A stretch of 32,000 nucleotides of DNA from Shewanella sp. UCD-KL12 (GCF_001957125.1 NZ_MPHJ01000001.1:1029765-1061764); one strand, 5' to 3'. Shown: positions 18,340 to 27,517, counted from the stretch's first letter. The notes: generated from the sequence alone by a model not told the origin. Numbers and translations: made by a program.

Positions 18340-19586
18340 ACTGTCTCCTTAGCTAATGTACTGACGGTTTTAGTTTCTGTTTGGCTTTTAGATTGAGGTT
18401 GAGCTTTAAGCGCTCGGCGTGCAAAAAAACGCTTTTCCCAATAGAGCATAAAAGCAAAACTGAGTGCTAACATTAAGTAGGTCAGCAACAGGCCGCCTAT
18501 ATCACCAAATTGATTTAAAATATTAATCTTGTCCCAGCTTGTAGCCATCGGCTCGGCAATATCATCCCAAAGAAACGCTAACATGGTTGCACCTATGATG
18601 TTACCAGCGCCCACCCACCAAAAGTGCACTTGGCCTTCGACAGCCCGGTACATCCAGCCTGTTTCACAGCCGCCAGCGATGACGATCCCAAAGCCAAACA
18701 GTAATCCGCCAATAACCGCATTGGGGCCAGCCCATAAGATTTTTGGTGACATGCCCAGTTGCAAGTAACTGTATATGCCGATAGCACTCACTGCCATGCC
18801 GAGAATAATCGCTTTCGCCATATGGGTACGGCCTGTGATCCACATATCTCTGAAGGCTGAGGTAAAACAGATTTGTGCCCGTTCAATAAGTAAACCAAAT
18901 GCGATACCAAATAGCAGCGCAAAGCCGAGTCTTGGTGAGTCAAACATCAAAAACATCGCGCTAGCAAGGGCGCCAAAAAAGACCAACATACCTAAGATGA
19001 AATGACGTCTAGTACGGCTTGCATTTTGAGTGAGCTTGGTCGATTTAGAGACTTTCTTGAGCTTAATCGGTGTTTTAAAGAACGGCATCAAACTGACTCT
19101 AGCACCAAAATAGGAGCCGACTGCAGTGGCGACAAGAAAAAACCAAGCATGCAGCGAGAACTGTGGAATGCCGGTGAACAGCGCACCTAAGTTACAGCCC
19201 ATGGCAAGTCTTGCACCAAAGCCTGCGATAATGCCGCCAACAAGTGCCTGCATAATTCTTATGCGGTTTTGTGGCATACGGAGTTTGACATTATTGGCCC
19301 AAAGGGCCGCGGCAAAACAGCCGGCAAACATGCCCATGATCATCACACCACCGACGCGATCTAACGGCGTGCCCTTTAGCTTGATTAGCTGGTAATACTG
19401 CCAGTTTTGAACATCGACACCTAGCATTTGCAGTAGATGCCCACCCCAGCGGGTAAATTCACCTGTGACAGCCCAGGTGGAGCCTGTTAGACCAAAAAAA
19501 TAGACAGATAATATCCCCATAGCAATCACTGCTGGCGTGGGGGACCAAAACTTGATTAGGTATTGCTGTTTAAATGTTTGCCACAT
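18336..19586 (-). CDS. yeeE: YeeE/YedE family inner-membrane protein (thiosulfate transporter TsuA-like)
   Basis: Polytopic protein with the duplicated YeeE/YedE architecture and conserved Cys-containing re-entrant segments (GCNLG, GGCETG). Preferred start is the ATG at 19586, preceded by GAGG with a 6-nt spacer. The ORF-track start at 19598 is a TTG. Confidence 0.88.
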   Translation of the reverse strand: MWQTFKQQYLIKFWSPTPAVIAMGILSVYFFGLTGSTWAVTGEFTRWGGHLLQMLGVDVQNWQYYQLIKLKGTPLDRVGGVMIMGMFAGCFAAALWANNVKLRMPQNRIRIMQALVGGIIAGFGARLAMGCNLGALFTGIPQFSLHAWFFLVATAVGSYFGARVSLMPFFKTPIKLKKVSKSTKLTQNASRTRRHFILGMLVFFGALASAMFLMFDSPRLGFALLFGIAFGLLIERAQICFTSAFRDMWITGRTHMAKAIILGMAVSAIGIYSYLQLGMSPKILWAGPNAVIGGLLFGFGIVIAGGCETGWMYRAVEGQVHFWWVGAGNIIGATMLAFLWDDIAEPMATSWDKINILNQFGDIGGLLLTYLMLALSFAFMLYWEKRFFARRALKAQPQSKSQTETKTVSTLAKETV

Positions 19587-19905
19587 ACTTGACCTCAAAT
19601 TTGTTAGATCTAAAGAGAGAGATAGCGATAATTACAAAGCGCGATTGTCAAAATTTGGATAACACTCCTATTTATTATTCTCTGTCTGACAAAAGGCCTG
19701 TATGAGATCGTTTTTTGCTAACAGCCGTTATTAAACCACTGGGGTAGGGTGGTCATATCGATTGGTGCTAACGCTGTCGGGACTAATGTTTATTGGATAA
19801 TGAGAAATATCTTGGATGATCAATGGGATCTAGGCTGAGATTTTCTTATTAATATCTATTGGAAGCTATGATGCAAATGAATCGCAGTCAGCATACTTAG
19901 CTTTG

Positions 19906-19949
19906 ATTATATGCTGTAAATAAGCTCAAGATGTGTGAGCTAGCTCACG
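19906..19949 (-). promoter_or_regulatory. CRP-type palindrome plus perfect -10 hexamer, arranged like a class II CRP-dependent promoter facing yeeE
   Basis: TGTGA-GCTAGC-TCACG at 19934-19949 matches TGTGA-N6-TCACA at 9 of 10 positions, and its 14-bp core GTGAGCTAGCTCAC is a perfect palindrome. A minus-strand TATAAT lies at 19906-19911, 22 nt from the site edge. That puts the site centre near -42.5 relative to a predicted start around 19899. Confidence 0.4.
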
Positions 19950-20087
19950 CAGTGATTAGGTAGGACCTTGTAAAGCAAATGATTAATGCCTGGTGTGATG
20001 ATGCTATCGCTATAACATTGGCCGAGGGACAAAATGGCCAATGGTGAAAAGGTTTTACACATTTGATATGAGAGGCGAGTAAACAAT

Positions 20088-20118
20088 AAAAAACGCCAGC
20101 TTTATGGCTGACGTTTTT
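20088..20118 (-). terminator. rho-independent terminator, probably the trp operon terminator
   Basis: Arms at 20092-20100 and 20107-20115 form a 9-bp stem with a 6-nt loop. On the minus-strand RNA the single imperfect position is a G-U wobble and the stem is followed by UUUUUU. On the plus strand the same position is a C-A mismatch. Confidence 0.65.
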
Positions 20119-20148
20119 ATAGACACGGTAAAGCGCTCAAAGGAGTAA

Positions 20149-20459
20149 TACCAATCAGAATAAGAAAGCGATCTACTCAGAGTGCTTTTGGCAACTAATT
20201 CAAGGCGAATAGATGATGGAATGGTTATTCCCTTGTGAAGCTATTCAACGACGAAGTAGGCAGCCAAAAACACTCCTGCAAGGCGAGTTTTAGCGCTTCA
20301 TATGCTGTGTTAACGAGCTAGAACGTAGAAGAACTATGCTCTTCACTCGTTGCAAAGAACATGGATGTTCTGAATGTCGTTAATGCAGGAGCAATTAATG
20401 ACCTTGCCTCTGAAGCGCTAAACTCTCGCTGAGCGAGCGCATCTTTATACTGATTGGTA
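20149..20459. repeat. 311-bp MITE-like, highly self-complementary non-coding element
   Basis: Terminal inverted repeats TACCAATCAGaATAAgaaaGCG (20149-20170) and CGCatctTTATaCTGATTGGTA (20438-20459) match at 18 of 22 positions, with the outer 10 bp perfect. They are flanked by a direct TAA (20146-20148 and 20460-20462). There are several long internal helices and no ORF of 60 aa or more. Copy number is unknown. Confidence 0.4.
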
Positions 20460-20464
20460 TAAGG

Positions 20465-21283
20465 CTAGGTTGCCGCTTTCATATTGCGAGTAAACTCACC
20501 AAGCTTTGCTAGCAGTGTGGTTTCATCGTCTTTGTTGGCGGCGATGATTTTAACTATCGCAGAACCTGATATTGCGCCAGCTGCACCCGCCTCAATGGCG
20601 GCTTTGACTTGCGAAGGCTCAGCGATGCCAAAACCTAGCAGTGGCGGTGCCCCGTTGAACTCTTTGAGGCGAGACAAAATATCACCGATTGGCATGCCAG
20701 CTTTTGACTCAGTACCTGTCACTCCGGCTCGCGAGAGCAGATAAGTGTAACCTTCACCTTTCTCGCTCACCAGTTTTAAGGTCTCTGAATCAGCATTTGG
20801 CGGTGCGATAAAGATAGGTGCCACATTATGTGCCTTAGCCGATGCAATAAAGGGCTCGGCTTCTTCAACAGGCACATCAGCGATCAGTACCGAATCGACG
20901 CCAGCGGCTTGGGCTTTTGCATAGAAGGTATCGATGCTCTTGGTGTATACCAAGTTAGCATAGAGTAACAAACCGATTGGCAGCTCAGGGTATTTTGCAC
21001 GAATACTGGCTAGCATCTCGAAGCACTGGCTTGGGGTGGTGCCAGACTCTAATGATCTTAGGTTCGCCCCTTGGATCACAGGACCATCGGCGAGAGGGTC
21101 TGAGAATGGGAAACCTAGCTCTAAGGCATCGGCGCCATTCTCAACTAAACAGTCGATGATTTTCATGGACAGTTCAGGGCTTGGATCGCCTAAGGTGACG
21201 AAAGGAACAAAAGCGCCTTGGTTTTTCTCTTTTAGTGCGGCAAATGCTGCCTGGTAACGGCCTGCTTGTTTAGATTCAGTCAT
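20465..21283 (-). CDS. trpA: tryptophan synthase alpha chain
   Basis: The [12 protein letters not shown] and [12 protein letters not shown] motifs are typical of TrpA. Preferred start is the ATG at 21283 ([10 protein letters not shown]), which overlaps the trpB stop (ATGACTGA). The ORF-track start at 21337 lies inside trpB. Confidence 0.93.
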   Translation of the reverse strand: MTESKQAGRYQAAFAALKEKNQGAFVPFVTLGDPSPELSMKIIDCLVENGADALELGFPFSDPLADGPVIQGANLRSLESGTTPSQCFEMLASIRAKYPELPIGLLLYANLVYTKSIDTFYAKAQAAGVDSVLIADVPVEEAEPFIASAKAHNVAPIFIAPPNADSETLKLVSEKGEGYTYLLSRAGVTGTESKAGMPIGDILSRLKEFNGAPPLLGFGIAEPSQVKAAIEAGAAGAISGSAIVKIIAANKDDETTLLAKLGEFTRNMKAAT

Positions 21284-22508
21284 TGCCACTCTCCTCTGCT
21301 TCTTGTTGAGCTTGCTGGCTTGTTTGTGATTTCTCACGCTCCTCTAAAATATCTGCAACAGTGAAGATATCTTTATCGCCACGTCCTGATAGATTGACCA
21401 CTAAAATGGTTTCTTTAGTCGCTTCTTTGGCAAGTTTAAGGGTGTAAGCTAAGGCGTGAGCTGACTCTAATGCAGGGATAATACCTTCACTTCGAGCTAA
21501 TAGCTGGAAAGCTTCTAATGCCTCTTCATCGGTGGCTGACTCATAGGTTGCACGACCCGTAGCTGCAAGGTGAGCATGCTGTGGTCCAACTGAAGGGAAA
21601 TCAAGCCCGGCAGAGACTGAATATGACTCCTGAATTTGTCCCTCTTCATCTTGCATCAAAGGGGCTTTCATTCCAAAGAATATCCCGGTCTTTCCGTGTT
21701 TCAGTGGCGCGCCATGCATGTCCGTATCGAGCCCAAGCCCAGCTGGCTCGACACCGATAAGCTGTACCGATTCTTCTTCGATAAAGTCTGCAAACATACC
21801 GATAGCGTTTGAACCGCCACCGACACAAGCAATAACAGCGTCAGGAAACTTTCCTTCGGCGGCTAAAATCTGCTTTTTCGTCTCTTCACCTATCATACGC
21901 TGAAACTCACGTACTATGGTTGGGAATGGGTGAGGTCCTGCAGCTGTACCAAGTAGGTAATGTGCCTTGTCATAGCTTGCAGACCAGTCACGCATCGCTT
22001 CATTACAGGCATCTTTAAGTGTTGCAGAACCCGATGTTACCTCAATCACTTCAGCGCCCATTAATTTCATTCTAAAGACGTTTGGAGATTGTCGAGCTGC
22101 ATCTTTAGCGCCCATATAGACCTTACATTTCAGGTCTAATAAGGCACAAGCAAGGGCTGTTGCGACACCATGTTGACCCGCACCCGTTTCTGCGATGATC
22201 TCTTTTTTGCCCATACGTTTAGCAAGTAGCGCTTGACCCAGCACCTGATTGGTTTTGTGTGCGCCGCCGTGAAGTAAGTCTTCACGCTTTAAGTAGATTT
22301 TTGCAAGCGGGTTAGGGCTTAGGTTACGTGTCAAGGTTAAGGCAGTTGGACGACCGGCGTAGTTCTTTAACAGATCAGTAAACTCAGCCTGAAAGTCAGG
22401 GTCTTCCTGAGCTTCAATAAAGGCGGTTTCCAGTTGTTTAAGTGCAGGCATCAATATCTGTGGCACATACATGCCACCGTATTCTCCGAAGTAGGGATCA
22501 AGCTTCAT
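21276..22508 (-). CDS. trpB: tryptophan synthase beta chain
   Basis: N-terminus [17 protein letters not shown] and the PLP-lysine region [11 protein letters not shown]. It also has GGGSNAIG. A roughly 15-aa Gln/Glu-rich C-terminal tail extends beyond the usual end. Confidence 0.95.
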   Translation of the reverse strand: MKLDPYFGEYGGMYVPQILMPALKQLETAFIEAQEDPDFQAEFTDLLKNYAGRPTALTLTRNLSPNPLAKIYLKREDLLHGGAHKTNQVLGQALLAKRMGKKEIIAETGAGQHGVATALACALLDLKCKVYMGAKDAARQSPNVFRMKLMGAEVIEVTSGSATLKDACNEAMRDWSASYDKAHYLLGTAAGPHPFPTIVREFQRMIGEETKKQILAAEGKFPDAVIACVGGGSNAIGMFADFIEEESVQLIGVEPAGLGLDTDMHGAPLKHGKTGIFFGMKAPLMQDEEGQIQESYSVSAGLDFPSVGPQHAHLAATGRATYESATDEEALEAFQLLARSEGIIPALESAHALAYTLKLAKEATKETILVVNLSGRGDKDIFTVADILEEREKSQTSQQAQQEAEESGND

Positions 22509-22574
22509 TTTGTTTCCTTAAATTATCTAATTCTTTAAACATCTCTAACCAGGGTCTGTAAGTCTGGTGTAAAC

Positions 22575-24071
22575 CTAATATTGTCTAAGAGCTGCAAAGG
22601 TTGATTGGATCAATTGATGATCTTTAACCCCAGGTTCACTCTCTAAGCCTGAATTGAAATCTAAACCGTAAAAGCCTTGGCTGGCAGCACTCTTGGCATT
22701 ATCGGCATCAAGACCGCCTGCAAGCATGGCATCAGCTCGACTTGGGAGTGCCTGTTGCCAGTTAAACGATTGACCTGTACCACCAAACTGCGCGTTATCT
22801 GCATTGCCACTTTTGCTGTCATACAGGATACGGTCGACATTAGACGGTATTGTTACAGGGCTATCTGTTTTATCAACTGATACTGCTACCGCTTTCCAAA
22901 TTTGTGCTTTGCTGCCTTTCGCATCAAGAGCTGTGCGGACTTGGCTAATCTCAAATTCGCTCTCATTGCCATGAAGTTGCACGGCATAGAGCCCAAGTGA
23001 GCTGGCTATCTTGGCAATGATGTCTGTTGTTTCATTGACAAAAACGCCGACAAACTTGAGTTGCTTGTTGGTTTCTCTTTGATTGCCGATTAGGCTTTGC
23101 GCTTTCTCTGGGCTGATGTAGCGTGGTGATTTCGGCGCAAAAATCAGTCCAGCATAGATAGCGCCAGCATCGGCAACGGCATCTGCATCTTCTGTCGAGG
23201 TCAGGCCGCAAACCTTGTTATGACCCAATGTCAGAGTACGACAAGCTAGGTCGAGATCATCTTCTGCCATCAAAGAGCTACCCACTAAGAAACCATCAAC
23301 CAATGGACTTAGGCGACGAACCTGTGCTTGGTTGTAGATACCTGACTCACTAATTACAACACGGTCACTTGGGATTTGTGGCGCGAGCGCCTCAGTGGTG
23401 GCTAAATCAGTAGACAAGTCACGTAGGTTGCGGTTATTGATGCCGATAATGTTAGCCCCTAAGGCTATGGCACGCTCAAGCTCATCGATATTACTGACCT
23501 CTGTCAACATATCGAGCTGGTACTTGTTGGCTTCATTTGCAAGTGAGCGGTACTGCTCATCATCAAGTACTGACAGCATGAGTAAGATGGCGTCAGCACC
23601 TTGATGTGCTGCAAGCTTGACCTGATAGCTATCGACAAAGAAGTCTTTACATAAAATAGGCTGCTTTACTCGGGCACGGACTTTAGGAATATAGTCCATA
23701 TCGCCTTGGAAAAACTGCTCATCAGTTAACACTGAGATCCCTGCCGCATAATCGTTATACACATCGGCGATCGCTTCAACATCAAAATCTGCGCGGATCA
23801 GGCCTTTCGAAGGGCTGGCTTTTTTACACTCGAAGATAAAGCCTGCATTAGGGGCTTTTAGTGCCTCATACAGACTTCGGTCTGATACTTGCGGTTTAAG
23901 TTCATCCTCAGGGAAGCGTTGCTTAAGCGATTGCATATGCGCCGCTTTAGTGTCGACGATTCTGGTCAGCACATTACTGGTTTTTTCGCTTGGCTCTGCT
24001 GGAGTATTATCTCTTAAATCCGCTGAACTGCTTTGTAATCGACTTTCTGTATCTATTTCTTTGTTATTCAC
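22575..24071 (-). CDS. trpC: bifunctional indole-3-glycerol-phosphate synthase / phosphoribosylanthranilate isomerase TrpC(F)
   Basis: IGPS motifs (FIFECKKASPSKG, INNRNL) are followed by a PRAI domain (KVCGLT...VQLHG). It begins 15 nt after the trpD stop, which supports the long N-terminus. Confidence 0.93.
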   Translation of the reverse strand: MNNKEIDTESRLQSSSADLRDNTPAEPSEKTSNVLTRIVDTKAAHMQSLKQRFPEDELKPQVSDRSLYEALKAPNAGFIFECKKASPSKGLIRADFDVEAIADVYNDYAAGISVLTDEQFFQGDMDYIPKVRARVKQPILCKDFFVDSYQVKLAAHQGADAILLMLSVLDDEQYRSLANEANKYQLDMLTEVSNIDELERAIALGANIIGINNRNLRDLSTDLATTEALAPQIPSDRVVISESGIYNQAQVRRLSPLVDGFLVGSSLMAEDDLDLACRTLTLGHNKVCGLTSTEDADAVADAGAIYAGLIFAPKSPRYISPEKAQSLIGNQRETNKQLKFVGVFVNETTDIIAKIASSLGLYAVQLHGNESEFEISQVRTALDAKGSKAQIWKAVAVSVDKTDSPVTIPSNVDRILYDSKSGNADNAQFGGTGQSFNWQQALPSRADAMLAGGLDADNAKSAASQGFYGLDFNSGLESEPGVKDHQLIQSTFAALRQY

Positions 24072-24086
24072 GCGACAATTCCTGCT

Positions 24087-25124
24087 CTATTTAGCTGCGC
24101 TGCTTGCATCAGCAAGTTGCTCGAGTAATTGATATGCCTTACCACTGGCAATGGTTTGTAGGGCCAATGTGGTGCCAGATTTCACTGAGTCACACACGCC
24201 AGAAATATAAAGGGCACAACCTGCATTAGCGGCAACGGCATGAGTGTGTGCTGTTTGTCCTTGGCCTTGTAATATTGCGCGGGTAAACGTCGAATTTTGC
24301 TCAGGCGTTCCGCCCTCTAATTCTTTCAACTGAGCTTGAGTCACCCCTAATTCATCTGGCGTGATCTGATACTGATGTATTTCACCCTCATTAAGCTCAC
24401 AGACTAAGGTATCGCCATGAATCGCGACCTCATCGAGCCCACTACCATGAACAACCATGGCGCGCTGCATGCCTAAGGCTTTTAAAACTTGGGCAATAGG
24501 CTCAACTAGCTCGCTGCTGTAGACGCCAAGCACAATATAGTCAGGCATCGACGGGTTTATTAGTGGGCCCAACACATTAAAAAGTGTCCGTGTCTTTAAT
24601 GCCTGTCGCACGGGAACGGCGTGGCGTACACCGCCATGATAGTGTGGCGCAAATAGGAAGCACAAGCCTAATTCATCTAGACAATCTCGCGCAGATTCTG
24701 GTGCCATGGTCAAGTCGATACCAAATTGAGCTAATAGATCCGATGAGCCAGATTTGCTCGAGACACTGCGATTACCATGTTTGGCAACTTTTGCGCCAGC
24801 GGCTGCGGCAACAAAGGCCGCTGTTGTGGAGATATTAATGGTGTTATGACCATCACCGCCAGTGCCGACAATATCGACAATACCCTGTGAACGGGTGGCA
24901 TCACTTGGCGTTGGAAAGGCTTTTGCCGCTGCGCGAAGGGCATCGGCCGCACCTGATATCTCTTCAATCGTTTCACCGCGCATCTTCATCGCGACCAGCA
25001 TTCCTGCCATAGCAACTTCGCTCATTTCGCCTTGAATGATGGCACTGACAAGCGCTTTGGCTTCAGCGCGAGTAGCGCTTTGACCTGAGTAAAGTTTGTC
25101 TAACATGGGTTGAAGTTGGCTCAT
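24087..25124 (-). CDS. trpD: anthranilate phosphoribosyltransferase
   Basis: Contains GTGGDG, KHGNRSVSSKSGSSD and the rest of the TrpD fold. It is a separate gene, not fused to trpG. Its start shares one nucleotide with the trpG stop (TAATG). Confidence 0.95.
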   Translation of the reverse strand: MSQLQPMLDKLYSGQSATRAEAKALVSAIIQGEMSEVAMAGMLVAMKMRGETIEEISGAADALRAAAKAFPTPSDATRSQGIVDIVGTGGDGHNTINISTTAAFVAAAAGAKVAKHGNRSVSSKSGSSDLLAQFGIDLTMAPESARDCLDELGLCFLFAPHYHGGVRHAVPVRQALKTRTLFNVLGPLINPSMPDYIVLGVYSSELVEPIAQVLKALGMQRAMVVHGSGLDEVAIHGDTLVCELNEGEIHQYQITPDELGVTQAQLKELEGGTPEQNSTFTRAILQGQGQTAHTHAVAANAGCALYISGVCDSVKSGTTLALQTIASGKAYQLLEQLADASSAAK

Positions 25125-25726
25125 TATAGCGCTCCCTCTGTGTTATCTGTGTCGGTCAAATAGTGCAAGGTTTGGGTTAGCAGCTGGCTTCCGAGTGTCG
25201 TTAAAATCGATTCTGGGTGAAATTGAAAGCCGACAGCTCTATGACTCTCATGGGAGATAGCCATGGGCATTTTCTCGGTAGTAGCGATAACATTAAGGCA
25301 ATCAGGTACGTGAGTTGCGACTAAGCTGTGGTACCGAGCAACTGGCAGTGGAGAGGGTAAGCCCTTGAAAAAATCAACACCTTCATGAAATGTCGGGCTT
25401 GCTTTTCCATGGACTACCTGAGGGGCGCGTTCTACTTTTCCGCCATAGTGCTCAATAAGCGCTTGATGACCAAGGCAGATCCCCAGCATGGGCACTTTGC
25501 CTGCAAGTTTAGCTATCAGAGCCAATAAACAGCCTGCTTCATGGGGAGCACCAGGGCCTGGAGAGAGGACTAAAGCTGTTTTTTCAGTCTCACTGAGTAG
25601 CTTTTCTGCAATGAAGTCGGCACTGAGATCATTTCGGTAGATAACCACTTCAAAGCCTAAGGTTCTGAATTGATCGACTAGGTTGTAGGTGAAAGAATCA
25701 AAGTTGTCTAAAAGGTAAAGCTTCAT
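25124..25726 (-). CDS. trpG: anthranilate synthase component II (glutamine amidotransferase)
   Basis: Class I GATase with GICLGHQ (catalytic Cys) and HPES (His/Glu). ATGA overlap with the trpE stop. Confidence 0.93.
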   Translation of the reverse strand: MKLYLLDNFDSFTYNLVDQFRTLGFEVVIYRNDLSADFIAEKLLSETEKTALVLSPGPGAPHEAGCLLALIAKLAGKVPMLGICLGHQALIEHYGGKVERAPQVVHGKASPTFHEGVDFFKGLPSPLPVARYHSLVATHVPDCLNVIATTEKMPMAISHESHRAVGFQFHPESILTTLGSQLLTQTLHYLTDTDNTEGAL

Positions 25727-27324
25727 AGCCCGCCTCCAATTTTAATGGCTGTGATAACAGCTTGTGCTTTTTGGCGTGTTTCATCGGCTTCTGCTTGCGG
25801 ATCTGAGTCAAATACAACCCCAGCTCCTGCCTGAATATGAGCTATGCCATCTTTGACGAAGGCTGAGCGGATAACAATACAAGTGTCCATATCACCAAGG
25901 CCATTGAGGTAACCTGCGGCGCCGCCATAGCTGCCACGGCGCTTTTTCTCTACACCTCGGATAAGTTGTGAAGCACTCACTTTTGGCGCGCCAGTCAGTG
26001 TGCCCATGTTCATGCAGGCTTGATAGGCGTGCAGTGCATCTAAATCTTCCCTTAGTTGGCCGGTTACTCGGCTAACTAAGTGCATCACATGGGAGTATCT
26101 ATCGACCTTTAACAGTTCAGGTATTTTACGGGTGCCACTTTGACTGATACGGGCTACATCGTTGCGGGCCAAGTCAACTAGCATCAGGTGCTCTGAAAGC
26201 TCTTTCTTGTCTAAACGCAGCTCTAGCTCGATACGACTATCAAGGTCGGCATCAATCTGACCATCTTCTGTTTTGCCACGCTTGCGTGTGCCAGCAATCG
26301 GATAGATCTCTACTTGATTTGTGTTAGTTTCATATTTAAGTGCGCTTTCTGGTGATGCGCCAAAGACAGTAAAGTCATCGCCTCTAACATAAAACATGTA
26401 GGGGCTTGGGTTGGTTAGGCGTAGTGCCCGATAGGCGCCCAATGTGTTAGGGCAGGGCAAGCTAAAGCTACGTGATGGGACGACCTGAAAGATATCCCCT
26501 GCAATGATATGTTGCTTAAGCGAGATTACCGTTTCTTTAAACGTTTCATCAGATACATTCACTGTGACATCAGCATCGACAGGAACGAGCTCTGCTGCGT
26601 CTTTTACTTGTGCTATCTGTGACTTCACAGAATCAATACGTGCATCTAATGTTGCTGCATATTCCGCTTTTAGTTTTGAGTCTGCGACGAAATTATGGGT
26701 GATGATATCGGCAGTTTCTTGTTGACGGTCAACCGTTATGAGTGTTTCAGCAAGGTAAAACAGATAGTCGGGACATGTATTGTCGCCATTTGTTACCTGG
26801 GGAAGCGGCTCTACAGTATCAATCAGATCATATGCCAGTACGCCGCCTAAGAATAGGTCTTCAAATGCCGGCTGCTCACCGCAATCTATTTCTTTAATGA
26901 GTGCTCTGAGGCCATCTAGCGGCGAGGTTGATTTTAGTCTGGCATCTTCATCTAGTTGCCGTGTCTCTTTTGCTAGGTTAAGAGTGAGTACATTGTCTTC
27001 AATGCTAGAGCTTTTAAGACTAGAGTTTTCGAGACCTGAATTTTCAGATTTAGCGCTCGCACCTTTAAAGAACGCTTGTATTGGTAACAGTAGCGACTGT
27101 CCATTATCTGTAAGGGCGGTAAAAGTGAGCTGGTATCCTTCACAGCGGATCATTAAGGCTGCATGGGTAAGGATAAGGCTTTTAATGTTGTCCTTACTCT
27201 CAATTTCCGCTGATTCGAGCAACATGGTATGAGGCGCATCTTGGGTGAGGTGCTGATATAAACTTAAGGGATCGTCAGGGTAGGCGATCCGCTCCTTACT
27301 CGTGGTGACTTGAGCTAGTTTCAT
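25723..27324 (-). CDS. trpE: anthranilate synthase component I
   Basis: LLESAE (Trp feedback site region), the chorismate-binding C-terminal domain and GAGVVFDSDP. It is the first structural gene downstream of the attenuator. Confidence 0.95.
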   Translation of the reverse strand: MKLAQVTTSKERIAYPDDPLSLYQHLTQDAPHTMLLESAEIESKDNIKSLILTHAALMIRCEGYQLTFTALTDNGQSLLLPIQAFFKGASAKSENSGLENSSLKSSSIEDNVLTLNLAKETRQLDEDARLKSTSPLDGLRALIKEIDCGEQPAFEDLFLGGVLAYDLIDTVEPLPQVTNGDNTCPDYLFYLAETLITVDRQQETADIITHNFVADSKLKAEYAATLDARIDSVKSQIAQVKDAAELVPVDADVTVNVSDETFKETVISLKQHIIAGDIFQVVPSRSFSLPCPNTLGAYRALRLTNPSPYMFYVRGDDFTVFGASPESALKYETNTNQVEIYPIAGTRKRGKTEDGQIDADLDSRIELELRLDKKELSEHLMLVDLARNDVARISQSGTRKIPELLKVDRYSHVMHLVSRVTGQLREDLDALHAYQACMNMGTLTGAPKVSASQLIRGVEKKRRGSYGGAAGYLNGLGDMDTCIVIRSAFVKDGIAHIQAGAGVVFDSDPQAEADETRQKAQAVITAIKIGGGL

Positions 27325-27440
27325 CTGTTGTCTCTTCTCTAATCCGTTGTAAAATATTTGATATAAATGCTCAATTTATAAGCTTAAATATCGAATGTTA
27401 AAATCTAATGTCTGTCTGCTTCGCTGCTAAATTTAGGTAT

Positions 27441-27467
27441 AAAAAAACCCGCATCTAGTGCGGGTTT
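27441..27467 (-). terminator. trp attenuator terminator (3:4 hairpin)
   Basis: The minus strand reads AAACCCGCA-CTAGA-TGCGGGTTT followed by TTTTTTT, 116 nt upstream of trpE. The upstream segment GCGGGT (immediately after the trpL stop) can pair with ACCCGC as an antiterminator. Confidence 0.8.
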
Positions 27468-27517
27468 CTTGTTTAATCTTGTCTCTTTTACATGAGCACA
27501 GAATTTCACACCACCCG

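Noticed and set aside
18529-19395. Chain of 62-89-aa plus-strand ORFs, and one 64-aa minus-strand ORF, overlapping yeeE
   Set aside because: These are shadow ORFs of a long hydrophobic membrane-protein gene. There is no independent start or ribosome-binding-site support.
19980-20048. 22-aa ORF MINAWCDDAIAITLAEGQNGQW, and a possible plus-strand small RNA ending at the 20088-20118 hairpin
   Set aside because: There is no ribosome-binding site. The terminator stem has a C-A mismatch on the plus strand but a G-U wobble on the minus strand. The CRP-like site pairs much better with the minus-strand TATAAT.
20213-20383. Small ORFs inside the MITE-like element: 26 aa MMEWLFPCEAIQRRSRQPKTLLQGEF (20213-20293) and 15 aa MLFTRCKEHGCSECR (20336-20383)
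   Set aside because: Their ribosome-binding sites are weak or absent. They are on the strand opposite to the likely transcript, show no hydrophobic toxin-like character and have no partner genes. They cannot be distinguished from chance ORFs.
26780-27232. 150-aa ORF on the plus strand inside trpE, and similar antisense ORFs at 26504-26725, 24584-24838, 24731-24976, 23395-23604, 22677-22880, 21036-21257 and 20484-20744
   Set aside because: They lie entirely within well-supported trp genes on the opposite strand or in another frame. Their composition is Ser/Ala/Leu-rich, they have no ribosome-binding sites and I recognise no motifs. They are typical shadow ORFs.
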